A DNA stretch of 64,000 nucleotides, taken from the NCBI GenBank assembly GCA_036271095.1, contig DATBBG010000060.1, positions 16,253-80,252 on the forward strand, in the 5' to 3' direction. Both the position numbers and the translations under genes were made by a program. A model generated the notes under the pieces. It had not been told where the DNA came from, did no database searches, and saw only the letters and a program-made list of their open reading frames with translations. Shown one piece after another: positions 34,976 to 44,813 of this stretch (positions are counted from its first letter, which is position 1; every line of letters begins with the position of its first letter). Source of the DNA: Solirubrobacteraceae bacterium (GTDB lineage Bacteria; Actinomycetota; Thermoleophilia; Solirubrobacterales; Solirubrobacteraceae).

Positions 34976-36489
34976 GCGAGATCGAGCCACTGCCGGCCGC
35001 GACGCTGGCGGCGCGCGAGGATCCCTCCGATGTGCTTGACAGCACGGCTGCCGGCGGTCGCATCCTGCGCGGTGGGGTCGTTCGCTTCGGAGGCTACGTG
35101 CTGACCGTCGCGCTGTCGGTGCTCTCGGCGGCGCTGCTCACACGGCATCTCGGCGTCGCGCGCTTCGGTCAGTACACGACGGTGCTGTCGCTCGTCGGCG
35201 TCGTCTCGGCGGTGACCGACGCCGGCATGTCGACGGTCGGCACGCGCGAGTTCTCGGTGCGCGACGGCAGCGAGCGCGACGAGCTGATGCGCGACTTGCT
35301 CGGCTTGCGCATGCTGCTTACGGCCGTCGGCGTGCTGCTCGTCGCCGCCTTCGCCGTGGCCGCCGGCTATGACACGGCGCTGTTGCTCGGCGCGATTCTC
35401 GCCGGGCTCGGCACGATCGCGCTCGTCGTTCAGCACACGCACACGATCCCGATCTCAGCCGCGCTGCGAATCGGCACGCTCTCGCTACTCGAACTGCTGC
35501 GTCAGGTGCTCTCGGTTGCCGCGATCGTCGCGCTCGTGCTGGTCGGCGGCGGAGTGCTCCCGCTGCTCGCAGTCGCGCTCGTCGTCAACCTGATGCTGAT
35601 TCCGCCGACAGCCTTGCTCGCGCGCCATCAGATCACGTTGAGAATGGCCTTCCGCCCGAGCCGCTGGCTCGACCTGCTGCGGCTGACGGTCTCGTTCTCG
35701 CTCGCCGCCGCGGTCGGAACGATCTACGTCTACACCGCCCAGATCCTCACGAGCCTCGTCGCCAGCCAGCACCAGAGCGGCCTGTTCGCGGCCTCCTTTC
35801 GCGTCTTCATTGTGCTCAGCGCTGTCCCTGGACTGCTCGTCGGCGGCGCTCTGCCGCTGCTCGCGCGTGCGGCTCGCGACGATCGCGACCGCCTCGCCTA
35901 CTCGTTGCATCGGATCTTCGAGGTCTCGCTGATTCTCGGAGTGCTGACGGCGATCGGCACGCTCGGCGGCGCGAGCTTCATCGTCGAAGTGATCGCCGGT
36001 CAGAAATTCGCCGGCGCGGCGAGTGTCCTGCAGATCCAAGGGCTCGCGCTCGTCGCGTCGTTCGTCGTCGCCGGCTGGAGCTTCGCGTTGCTCTCGCTGC
36101 AGCTCTACAAAGGCGTGCTCCTCGTCAACCTCGCGTCGTTTCTCGTCAGCTGTGGGCTGACGGCCGTGCTCGCGAGCAGCGACGGCGCGAAGGGAGCGGC
36201 GATCGCGACGCTGTGTGGCGAGGGCGTGTTGGCGATCGGTTCGCTGCTGGCGCTCGTGCATGGGCGTCGCGAGCTCCGGCCGAAGCTCGGTGTGGCGCTG
36301 AAGGTGAGCACGGCAGCCGCTCCGGCGGTGCTCGTCGCCCTGCTGCCAGACCTGCCGTCGGTCGTGCGCGCGCTGCTGGCGGTCGTCGTCTACACGGTGC
36401 TCGTGCTGCTGCTGCGCGCCGTGCCCGCCGAGATGCTCGAGCTGCTGCCGGCGCGCTTTCGAGGCGAAGGCCCGCCGCTTGTCGGATAG
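34972..36489 (+). CDS. Wzx-type oligosaccharide flippase
   Basis: LTRHLG..RFGQY, DAGM...GTRE, about 12-14 TM; GTGA coupling to the upstream GT. Confidence 0.85.
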   Translation: MSEIEPLPAATLAAREDPSDVLDSTAAGGRILRGGVVRFGGYVLTVALSVLSAALLTRHLGVARFGQYTTVLSLVGVVSAVTDAGMSTVGTREFSVRDGSERDELMRDLLGLRMLLTAVGVLLVAAFAVAAGYDTALLLGAILAGLGTIALVVQHTHTIPISAALRIGTLSLLELLRQVLSVAAIVALVLVGGGVLPLLAVALVVNLMLIPPTALLARHQITLRMAFRPSRWLDLLRLTVSFSLAAAVGTIYVYTAQILTSLVASQHQSGLFAASFRVFIVLSAVPGLLVGGALPLLARAARDDRDRLAYSLHRIFEVSLILGVLTAIGTLGGASFIVEVIAGQKFAGAASVLQIQGLALVASFVVAGWSFALLSLQLYKGVLLVNLASFLVSCGLTAVLASSDGAKGAAIATLCGEGVLAIGSLLALVHGRRELRPKLGVALKVSTAAAPAVLVALLPDLPSVVRALLAVVVYTVLVLLLRAVPAEMLELLPARFRGEGPPLVG

Positions 36490-37477
36490 CCTGCCGCGCG
36501 TGCCCTCGGCTCCCGAGATCGCGCTGATGGTGCTCAACTGGAACGGCGCCGATTTGATGCGTCGTCATCTCCCGGCCGTCGTCGAGGCGGCTGCTCGCGC
36601 GAGCGCTTCAACGCGCGTCTACGTGATCGACAACGCCAGCGAGGACGACTCGCGCGAAGTGATCGCTTCGTTCGCGGGCGTCGAGCTGATCGCGATGCCC
36701 GACAACCGCCGTCTGCACGCCTACAACGAGGCGGTCCGCCGTGTGCCGTGCAGTGCGTTCATGATGCTCAACAACGATGTCAGCCCGGCGCCTGGCGTGA
36801 TCGACCCGATGTGGGATGCGCTGCGCTCCGACGCAAGCGTGTTTGCAGTCGGTGGCGAGGTGATCGACATCGCCTCCGGCGAGATCGACTCCGGTCCGAC
36901 TGCCGCGCGCTGGGAGCGTCAGTGGGTGCTGGAACCGACGGCGCTCGCCGGCGCGAGCGGTCCGATCGACGTCGCCTATGTCTCCGGTGGCGCCGGCCTC
37001 TATCGCCGCGAGATGTTCCTCGAGCTGGGCGGCTTCTGGGATCTGCTGCCCGGCCTCTATTGGGAGGACGTCGAGCTGGGACTGCATGCTTGGGTGCACG
37101 GCTGGCGCTCGCTGTTCCATCCGGCCGTCCGCTTCGATCACGCCAGCGGCTCGACCGTGCGTCGCTCGCTGAATCCGTACGTGCGCGAGTTCCGCACCTA
37201 CCAGAACGTGCGCCTGACGCACTGGTCGCTGCTGCTCGACGGGCGCGACCTGCGCGACTATCTCCGTAGCGAGCTGCGCCGCAGCCTGCGCAAGCCGTAC
37301 TACTACGCGACCGTGCTGACGTTCGCGAGCCGCCTGCCGCGGGTGATTCGCCGCCGTCGCGCGCTTCGCCGCAGTTGCGGCCCGGTCAGCGTCGCGGAGC
37401 TGGAGGCTCGCTGGCGGACGCCCGTGCGACCACCGTCAGCTGCTGACGCAGGAAGTCATTCGCCAGCGGCTCGCTGA
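36479..37477 (+). CDS. Glycosyltransferase family 2
   Basis: VLNWNG, VIDNASED, LNND, GGF...YWEDVEL. Confidence 0.9.
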   Translation: MSDSLPRVPSAPEIALMVLNWNGADLMRRHLPAVVEAAARASASTRVYVIDNASEDDSREVIASFAGVELIAMPDNRRLHAYNEAVRRVPCSAFMMLNNDVSPAPGVIDPMWDALRSDASVFAVGGEVIDIASGEIDSGPTAARWERQWVLEPTALAGASGPIDVAYVSGGAGLYRREMFLELGGFWDLLPGLYWEDVELGLHAWVHGWRSLFHPAVRFDHASGSTVRRSLNPYVREFRTYQNVRLTHWSLLLDGRDLRDYLRSELRRSLRKPYYYATVLTFASRLPRVIRRRRALRRSCGPVSVAELEARWRTPVRPPSAADAGSHSPAAR

Positions 37478-38075
37478 CGCGGGCCAAGAGCCTTCCCTTC
37501 AGCGAGCTCGCGACGACCCAGTGCGACGGCTGCCAGCCGCTCGCGCCGAGCATCCGCGCGAGGCTGCGGCGCGTGAACCAGCGAAGATGCGTCCAGTCGC
37601 GCACGCCCCAGCGCTCGTACTCGAACTCGCCGCGCAGCGCGAGGTTGCCGACGAGCCGGTAGAAGCGAAGGTTCGGGACCGACACGGCGAGCAGCGCCCC
37701 CGGCGCGGCCCAGCTGCGCAGCGTGTGCAGCGCCTGCCACGGGTCGACGAGGTGCTCGAGCACGTCGGCGATCACGATCACGTCGAATGGTCTGGCGCCG
37801 AGCTGTGCCAGCTCGGTCTGCTCGATCGTGCCGACAACCGCCGCGTCGTAGCGCTCGGCGGCGCGCTCGATTGCCGTGACTGACGGGTCGAGCGCGACCA
37901 GCTCACTTGCCCCTGCGTCGCGCAGGCGCGGAGCCCACGAGCCTTCGCCGCAGCCGACGTCGAGCAGTCGGCCGGAGATCGTGCCAAGCCCGCGCAGCAC
38001 GTCCTCGTTGTCGTTCTCGCCGTAGACGAAGCTCTGCTGGAGCGCTGGCTGAGACACGCCGGCAGCGTAGAGCAC
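37386..38075 (-). CDS. Class I SAM-dependent methyltransferase
   Basis: LLDVGCGEG, FDVIVIADVLEHLVDP, SVPN, DWTHLRWFT. Confidence 0.9.
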   Translation of the reverse strand: MLYAAGVSQPALQQSFVYGENDNEDVLRGLGTISGRLLDVGCGEGSWAPRLRDAGASELVALDPSVTAIERAAERYDAAVVGTIEQTELAQLGARPFDVIVIADVLEHLVDPWQALHTLRSWAAPGALLAVSVPNLRFYRLVGNLALRGEFEYERWGVRDWTHLRWFTRRSLARMLGASGWQPSHWVVASSLKGRLLARVSEPLANDFLRQQLTVVARASASEPPAPRR

Positions 38076-38145
38076 TGTCCAGCCGTGTCATCGTCGCGCC
38101 GCGGCGGCGCGGCACGCCGAGCCGCAAGCGATAGCCTGCGCGCCC

Positions 38146-39318
38146 GTGCCGTCCGTCCTGATCGTGCGTGGCCATCTCTCGACGCCGTGGGAGCTGCGCC
38201 CGTGGCTGGAGCTGCCGGAGCGGTTCGAGGTCTCCTACCTGCTGACCGGCTCGAATCGCTTCGCGACGCCCGACCGGCTGCAGGCGGTCCATGCCCGAGC
38301 GTTGCGCGACCTGCTCCCTGCCGGGCCGGTCGGCGAGCTCGCGGCGGGCGTGCTCGGCGATCGCTACCTGTCGGCCGACGATGCTTTCGCCAGGGCCGAC
38401 ATCGTCCATGCCGCAGAGCTGAGCTTCTGGTTCGCCGCCGACGCCGCCCGCCGGCGCGCGCACGGCGGGCGCTTCCGCCTCGTGCAGACCGTCTGGGAGA
38501 CGCTGCCGATGCTCGACGCGTTCCGCAACCGCCACGCGCGCAAGTTTCGCGAGCAGGTGCTCGGCGGCACCGATCTGTTCCTGCCGACGACAGAGCGCGC
38601 TGCGCTGGCGCTGGAGCTCGAGGGCGTTGCTGCAGAGCGCGTCGCCGTCTGTCCGCCGGGGATCGACACGGGGCGCTTCGAGCCGGCGACGGACTCGCCG
38701 GCTCCCGCCGAGCACACGATCGTCTCGCCCGGTCGGCTGGTCTGGGAGAAGGGCCACCAGGACGTCCTTCGTGCGCTCGCGCTGCTGCACCGCGGGATCG
38801 TGCGCCCCGCCTCGGGAGAGATAGTGCGCCCGCGCCTGGTGATCGTCGGCGCCGGTCCCGAGCAGAAGCGGCTGCGCGCGCACGCCGACGAGCTCGGTCT
38901 CGGAGCGTCGGTCGAGATCCGCAGCGTCCCCTACGAGCAGATGCCGGCGGTCTTCGCGAGCGCCTCGGCGATGGTGCTCGCCAGCCAGGCGATCGCCAAC
39001 GCCGCGTTTCATCCATTCGACGTCCCGCACGCCTTCTGGGAGGAGCAGTTCGGGCTCGTCCTCGCCGAGGCGATGGCCTCCGGGCTGGCGATCGTGACGA
39101 CGACGAGTGGCGCGATCCCTGAGGTCGTTCGCGGCGCTCCGGCCGAGCTCGTCGCGCCGGGCGATTGGCCGGCGATCGCACGAGCGCTCGCCGATGGCCC
39201 GCTCAGCCGGCCTCCGGCCGCGCGTGTTGCCTATCCGCCCGAGATCGTCGCGCGCTACTCGACTACTGGCGCCGCCGAGCGCCTGACGGCGGTCTACGAC
39301 CGCGTGCTGGCGTCCTGA
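38146..39318 (+). CDS. Glycosyltransferase family 4
   Basis: GRLVWEKG, WEEQFGLVLAEAMASG, SGAIPEV. Confidence 0.9.
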   Translation: MPSVLIVRGHLSTPWELRPWLELPERFEVSYLLTGSNRFATPDRLQAVHARALRDLLPAGPVGELAAGVLGDRYLSADDAFARADIVHAAELSFWFAADAARRRAHGGRFRLVQTVWETLPMLDAFRNRHARKFREQVLGGTDLFLPTTERAALALELEGVAAERVAVCPPGIDTGRFEPATDSPAPAEHTIVSPGRLVWEKGHQDVLRALALLHRGIVRPASGEIVRPRLVIVGAGPEQKRLRAHADELGLGASVEIRSVPYEQMPAVFASASAMVLASQAIANAAFHPFDVPHAFWEEQFGLVLAEAMASGLAIVTTTSGAIPEVVRGAPAELVAPGDWPAIARALADGPLSRPPAARVAYPPEIVARYSTTGAAERLTAVYDRVLAS

Positions 39319-40400
39319 AGCACCGCGAGCGTCTGCTCGGCGAAGTGCGTCCAGGAGAACTCGCTGGCGCGCCGCGGTCCGGCCTGCGCTAGGCGCTCGC
39401 GTAGCGTGCCGTCCTCGAGCACGCGACGGATGCCCGCGGCGATGCTCCCGACGTCGTGCGGGTCGACGTACTCGGCCGCGTCGCCGCCGACCTCCGGCAG
39501 CGAGGAGAGATCGGAAGTCACGACCGGCGCGCCCGCCGCCATCGCCTCGAGTACCGGCAGGCCGAACCCCTCGCCGAGCGACGGGTAGCAGAAGATCGCG
39601 CAGCGGCGGTAGAGCTCGCCCAGCTGTGCGTCTGAGACGTACCCGAGCAGCTTCGCGCGCTCGCCGAGCGAATGCAGCGCCTGCAGCGTTTCGCCGGTCT
39701 CCCAGCCGAGTGCGCCGACGACGACGATTGGATGGCGCAGCTGCAACGCGTCGTCGAGGCGGCGGTAGGCGGCGACCAGCCGCGGCAGATTCTTGCGCGG
39801 CTCGAGCGTGCCGACAGCGAGCACGAAGCCCTCGCGCGGCAGCGCTGCGGCCTCCTCGGCGCTCAGCCGATCGCCGCTTGGCAGCGGGTCTGCGCCGAGC
39901 AGCGCGACGACGGTGCGTCCTCTAGCTCGCGCGAAGCGCGCCTGCAGCGCCTGGTCGGTCGCGTGCGAGATCACCAGGATTGCCGCCGCGCGGCGCACGG
40001 CATGCCCGAGCGTCGCCCGCTCGATCACCGTCGAGCGTCGATTCGGGCGCATCGACGGCTCGAACGTCGTCAGGTCGTAGACGATCGGTACGGCCGGGAT
40101 CTTCAGGAACCAGACCGTCAGGTAGGAGTTGGTCGAGAGGAACACGTCGCATGCGCGGTTCGCGCGGCGCGCGGCGAGCAGGTGCCACCAGGGGTCGCGC
40201 GCGGCGATCGTGTGCCACTCGAAGCGTCCGTCGAGTTCGGCGCCGCGCCACGGCTCGCGCGCATAGAGCACGTAGCGGTGCTCGTCGTTGCGTGCGGCGA
40301 GCGCGCGCAGCAGCTCGCGCACGACGCGCCCGCGCCCCGCCGGCACCTCCGCCGCCGCGCGCGCGTCGATGCCGATCGTTAGAGATCGAGGGATGCTCAT
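39294..40400 (-). CDS. Glycosyltransferase family 4
   Basis: IGIDAR, VGTLEPRKNL, EGFGLPVLEAM, SSLPEVGGDA. Confidence 0.92.
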   Translation of the reverse strand: MSIPRSLTIGIDARAAAEVPAGRGRVVRELLRALAARNDEHRYVLYAREPWRGAELDGRFEWHTIAARDPWWHLLAARRANRACDVFLSTNSYLTVWFLKIPAVPIVYDLTTFEPSMRPNRRSTVIERATLGHAVRRAAAILVISHATDQALQARFARARGRTVVALLGADPLPSGDRLSAEEAAALPREGFVLAVGTLEPRKNLPRLVAAYRRLDDALQLRHPIVVVGALGWETGETLQALHSLGERAKLLGYVSDAQLGELYRRCAIFCYPSLGEGFGLPVLEAMAAGAPVVTSDLSSLPEVGGDAAEYVDPHDVGSIAAGIRRVLEDGTLRERLAQAGPRRASEFSWTHFAEQTLAVLQDASTRS

Positions 40401-40471
40401 CTGTCGGCGGACGCTACCGAGCGGCGGTGCGCTCGCGTCGATCGGCGTGCGGCGGCCGCTACTGTACGCGC

Positions 40472-41056
40472 GTGCCCAGCCCGCGAGATCGCCTCGGTAG
40501 GTTGGTCGATCCACACCAGTTCGATCTCGTGCCGACGAGGCCCGGCGCGATCCTCGACGTCGGCTGCGGCTCGGCGAAGTACCCGGGTGCGACCGGCTTG
40601 GACATCTCGGCCGAAACCGCCGCCGACGTCGTACACGACCTCGACGAGTTTCCCTACCCGATCGCCGACGCGAGCTTCGACCAGATCCTGATGCAGGACG
40701 TGATCGAGCACGTCCGCGAGCCGATCGTGGTGTTCGAGGAACTGCATCGCATCTCACGTCCGGGCGCCGTGATCCAACTGCGCACGCCGCACTTCTCCTC
40801 GGTGCTGGCATACGGCGATCCGACGCATCGCCACTACTTCTCGGCTTTGGGGATCCGCACACTCGCCGAGCCGCGCTTCGCGCACTACACCGACGTTCGC
40901 TTTCGCGTGCTGCACGTGACGCTCGACCTGTGGCTGCCCTATCGAGTGCTCGGGATCGGCGCTCTGGCGAACCGCTACACCGACACATACGAGAAGCACT
41001 TCGCGTTTCGCTTCCCGACGATGAACATCCGGGCGGCGTTCGAAGTGCTCAAGTAG
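40472..41056 (+). CDS. Class I SAM-dependent methyltransferase
   Basis: ILDVGCG, VVHDL..FPYP..DASFD, VIEH, DPTHRH. Confidence 0.88.
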   Translation: MPSPRDRLGRLVDPHQFDLVPTRPGAILDVGCGSAKYPGATGLDISAETAADVVHDLDEFPYPIADASFDQILMQDVIEHVREPIVVFEELHRISRPGAVIQLRTPHFSSVLAYGDPTHRHYFSALGIRTLAEPRFAHYTDVRFRVLHVTLDLWLPYRVLGIGALANRYTDTYEKHFAFRFPTMNIRAAFEVLK

Positions 41057-41060
41057 CCCG

Positions 41061-42281
41061 GTGCACGTCGGCCTCAACCTGGTCTTCCTCGTCCCGGGCG
41101 AGACCGGCGGGATGGAGGTCGCGGCGCGCGAGTTGATCCCGGCGCTGCTCGACGTGGCGCCGCCCGAGACGCGCTTCACGGCGTTCATCAATCACGAGGC
41201 GGCTGATGCGGGCGACGGCCCCTGGGGCGAGCTGCTCCCGTCGATCACCGTTCCGGTGCACGCACGCGAGCGCGTGCAGTGGGTGCTCGGCGAGCAGCTG
41301 CTGCTGCCACGCCTGGCCACTCGCGCCGGCGTCGATCTCGTGCACAGCCTCGCGAGCACGGCGCCGCTGCGCGGACGCTTCAAGCGCGTAGCCACGATCC
41401 ACGATCTGATCTACGCGCGCTTTCCCGAGGCACACGCCGGGTTGCGCGATCGCGGCATGCGCGTGCTCGTCCCCGGCGCGGCGCGGCGCTCCGATCGCGT
41501 GATCGCCGACTCGCAGAGCACGCGCGACGACCTCGTCTCGATGCTCGGCGTCGATCGCGGCCGGATCGACGTCGTGCCGCTCGGGCTCGGCGCCGTGCGG
41601 CGGGCGCAGCCGCTGTCGGAGCGCGACACACGTGCGAGCTTCCAGCTTGGCGAGCGGCGCGTCGTGCTGAGCCTCTCGGCGAAGCGCCCGCACAAGAACC
41701 TGCGCGCGCTGATCGACGCCCTCGCCGAGATCGATCCGTCGCAGCGCCCGGTGCTGGTCTTGCCCGGTTACCCGACCGAGCACGAGCGCGAGCTGCGCGA
41801 GCGAGCTGCGGCGCGAGGTCTCGACGCCGACGTGCGCTTTCCGGCGTGGGTCTCAGCGGAGCAGCTGGAGGGTCTCTGGCAGCTCGCGAGCGCCTTCGTC
41901 TTCCCGTCGCTCTACGAGGGCTTCGGACTGCCCGTGCTCGAGGCGATGGCGCGCGGCGTGCCTGTCGCCTGCTCGAACGCGTCCTCGCTGCCGGAGGTCG
42001 CCGGCGACGCGGCGCTGCTGTTCGACCCGAGCGACACCCTCGCGATCTCGCGCGCGATCGTCGCGCTGATCTCCGATGAGCCGCTGCGCGAACGGCTGCG
42101 TGCGCTGGGGCACGAACGCGCGCGACAGTTCACCTGGGAGCGCACGGCGCGGCTGACGCTCGCGAGCTACGCGCGTGCGCTCGGCTCACCCGAGTCCGCT
42201 GCAGCTGCGGCGGCGGCCGGCGTCGAGCGAGCGGAGCCGCCCGAGCCGGGCGCTGCAGCGGGCGCTCCGGGCGAGGCGTAG
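41061..42281 (+). CDS. Glycosyltransferase family 4
   Basis: TIHDL, HKNL, YEGFGLPVLEAM, SSLPEVAGDA; paralog of 33821..34975. Confidence 0.92.
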   Translation: MHVGLNLVFLVPGETGGMEVAARELIPALLDVAPPETRFTAFINHEAADAGDGPWGELLPSITVPVHARERVQWVLGEQLLLPRLATRAGVDLVHSLASTAPLRGRFKRVATIHDLIYARFPEAHAGLRDRGMRVLVPGAARRSDRVIADSQSTRDDLVSMLGVDRGRIDVVPLGLGAVRRAQPLSERDTRASFQLGERRVVLSLSAKRPHKNLRALIDALAEIDPSQRPVLVLPGYPTEHERELRERAAARGLDADVRFPAWVSAEQLEGLWQLASAFVFPSLYEGFGLPVLEAMARGVPVACSNASSLPEVAGDAALLFDPSDTLAISRAIVALISDEPLRERLRALGHERARQFTWERTARLTLASYARALGSPESAAAAAAAGVERAEPPEPGAAAGAPGEA

Positions 42282-43504
42282 CCGGCGAGCACCGTCCGCA
42301 GCGAGGACTCCAGCGACAGCCGCTCGGCGTTCTGCGCGAACCATGCCGCCGTGCTCGCGCGCATCGTCGCGCCGGCCGCGTGCACGCGAGCGATCGCCTC
42401 GGCGATCGCCGCCGGCTCCGAGCGCGCAGCGACGGTGCCGTTGATGCCCTCCTCGATCAGCTCCGTCGCGGCGTTGTCCTCGCCCGCGACGACAACGCTC
42501 GGCGTGCCTCGCGCGGCAGCCTCGACGACGACCATGCCGTAGCCCTCGCGCCGCGAGGGCAGCAACATGCACATCGCCGCGCGCATGTCGCGATCGACCG
42601 TCGCCGAGTCGGCGAAGCCGGGCGCCGTGACGCGATCCTGAAGACCGTGCTCGGCGATTGCGCGCTGCAGCGCCTCTCGCTCGGGGCCGTCGCCGAGGAA
42701 CTCGCCGCGCAGCCTGTCGATCCGCTCGGCCGCGATCGCGATCGCGGCGACGCCGAGCGTCGCCTGCTTCTCGGCGATCAGGCGCCCAGCGAACAGCACG
42801 AGCGGCGAGCTCTCGCGACCGTCCGGCGCCAGTGTGGCTGCCGCGGCAGTCGTGGCCGCGGCGGCCGTGTCAGTGGCCGCGTCCGTGCCGTCTCCCGATG
42901 TCGATGCCGGCGCCGCCGCCTGCGGGCCGCCCGCGTAGAGTCCGCGCAGCACCGTCACCGCTCCGCGCAGGCCCTCTTCGCGCAGGCGTGCAGCGTGCAG
43001 CTCGGAGAAGCAGTAGGCGCGTTGCGGTACGCGCGCGCAGAGACGCTGGACGAACGCGCCGATGCGCCCGCCGGGCCCGCCGAGGTAGTCGAGCCAGTAG
43101 TCGCGGCTCCAAACCTCGAACCAGTCGACCTCGAGCGCGAATCCTCGCAGCGGCCGCACAAGCGCTGCGGCCAGTAGCGAGAAGTACGGGAACGCACAGG
43201 TGTGAACGACCTCGTAGTCGCGGCCGCGGCGCAGCAGGTGCAGGAGCGTGCCGAGCCCGAACACGAGCGGCGGCAGGATCCGCCGGCGCCCGCCGGCGGT
43301 GTACAGCGCCATCCGCGGGCCGGCCGTGACGACGCGCACGCGCGAGTCGATCTCGACGCGCTCGCCGCGCTGCCACTGGCGCAGCGTCAGATATGTGACC
43401 TCGTGGCCCTCCTCGGCGAGCCGCTCGGCGAGGTTGCGGTACCACCGCTCACCGCCGCCGATCGTGTACGGGAACAGGCAGTCGTAGACGACGCAGATAC
43501 GCAT
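42167..43504 (-). CDS. Glycosyltransferase family 4
   Basis: MRICVVYD..P..GGGER, FAGRLIAEK, REGYGMVVVEA. Confidence 0.9.
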   Translation of the reverse strand: MRICVVYDCLFPYTIGGGERWYRNLAERLAEEGHEVTYLTLRQWQRGERVEIDSRVRVVTAGPRMALYTAGGRRRILPPLVFGLGTLLHLLRRGRDYEVVHTCAFPYFSLLAAALVRPLRGFALEVDWFEVWSRDYWLDYLGGPGGRIGAFVQRLCARVPQRAYCFSELHAARLREEGLRGAVTVLRGLYAGGPQAAAPASTSGDGTDAATDTAAAATTAAAATLAPDGRESSPLVLFAGRLIAEKQATLGVAAIAIAAERIDRLRGEFLGDGPEREALQRAIAEHGLQDRVTAPGFADSATVDRDMRAAMCMLLPSRREGYGMVVVEAAARGTPSVVVAGEDNAATELIEEGINGTVAARSEPAAIAEAIARVHAAGATMRASTAAWFAQNAERLSLESSLRTVLAGYASPGAPAAAPGSGGSARSTPAAAAAAADSGEPSARA

Positions 43505-43562
43505 AGCGGTAGCATCATCCCGCGAATCCGCCACTTTCCGCCCGCTCGGGCGTTATAACCGC

Positions 43563-44789
43563 GTGATGCCCGAACTAGCGGGCAGTACCAGCAGCGAGCC
43601 GCCGCTCATGAGCACAGTCGTCCAGACAAAGCCACCCGTCCGCGCGGACACAGAGGACCGTTCGACGCCGCTCGTGTCGGTCGTGATCCCCTGCCTGAAC
43701 GAGGCCGAGAACATCGAGGAGTGCGTAACGGCCGCGCTTGACGCGATGCGCAGGATGGATGTTGCCGGCGAGGTCGTCGTCGCCGACAACAACTCGGAGG
43801 ACGACTCGGCGCTGATCGCCGAGCGGGCTGGAGCGCGCGTGATCGTCGAGCAGCGACGCGGTTACGGCAGTGCCTATCTCGCCGGCTTCGCGGCTTCGCG
43901 CGGGCGCTACATCGTGATGGCCGACGCTGATCTGACGTACGACTTCAACGAGATCCCGCGCTTCGTCGACGAGCTCGAGAAAGGCGCCGAGATGGTGATC
44001 GGCGACCGCATGGACAACATTCATCCTGGCGCGATGCCGTGGCTGCACCAGTACATCGGCAACCCGATCCTGACCGGCCTGTTGAACCTATTCTTCCGTA
44101 CCGGCATCAGCGACGCGCACTGCGGCATGCGCGCGCTGCGTCGCGACGTGCTGCCTCGACTCGACCTGCGCACGACCGGCATGGAGTTCGCCTCGGAGAT
44201 GGTGATCCGCGCTTCCAAGGAGAAGCTGAAAATCGCCGAGTTCCCGATCGAATACCACCCGCGCGGCGGCGAGAGCAAGCTGTCGAGCTTCCGCGACGGC
44301 TGGCGCCACCTGCGCTTCCTGCTTGTGCACAGCCCGAACCACCTGTTCATCGTTCCCGGCACCGTGCTCGCTGGTTTCGGCGCGCTCGTGATCCTGATCA
44401 CGGAGTCCGGTTTGAACCTGTTCGGACGCGCTTGGGGGGTTCACGCGATCATCGGCGGCTCGCTGCTGATGATCATCGGCACGCAGGTGCTCGCGCTCGG
44501 GCTCTGCGCGCATGCGTACGGCACGTACTTCATGGGCGAGCGCGACCCGTGGTTCGATCGCATGCGTTCGCGATTCAGGCTCGAGCACGGGCTGCTGCTC
44601 GGTGGCTTCTTCGTGCTCGTCGGCATCGTCCTCGGCGCGATCATCCTCGTCAGCTGGATCTCGCACGGGTTCGGCTCGCTCTCCTACGAACGGCTCGCCG
44701 TAGTGGCCGCGTCGGTGCTGATCGTCGGCATCCAGATCTTCTTCTCCTCCTTCCTCTTGTCGATCCTCGGTCTGCGGCGCAACTCATAG
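43563..44789 (+). CDS. GT2 polyprenyl-phosphate glycosyltransferase (DPM1-like) with C-terminal TM domain
   Basis: VVIPCLNE, DNNSED, GYG.A, MADAD, SDAHCGMR, GMEFASEM, GESKL..RDGWRHL. Confidence 0.9.
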   Translation: MMPELAGSTSSEPPLMSTVVQTKPPVRADTEDRSTPLVSVVIPCLNEAENIEECVTAALDAMRRMDVAGEVVVADNNSEDDSALIAERAGARVIVEQRRGYGSAYLAGFAASRGRYIVMADADLTYDFNEIPRFVDELEKGAEMVIGDRMDNIHPGAMPWLHQYIGNPILTGLLNLFFRTGISDAHCGMRALRRDVLPRLDLRTTGMEFASEMVIRASKEKLKIAEFPIEYHPRGGESKLSSFRDGWRHLRFLLVHSPNHLFIVPGTVLAGFGALVILITESGLNLFGRAWGVHAIIGGSLLMIIGTQVLALGLCAHAYGTYFMGERDPWFDRMRSRFRLEHGLLLGGFFVLVGIVLGAIILVSWISHGFGSLSYERLAVVAASVLIVGIQIFFSSFLLSILGLRRNS

Positions 44790-44813
44790 CCCGCAGAGAG
44801 CGCCGGAGGCTCC

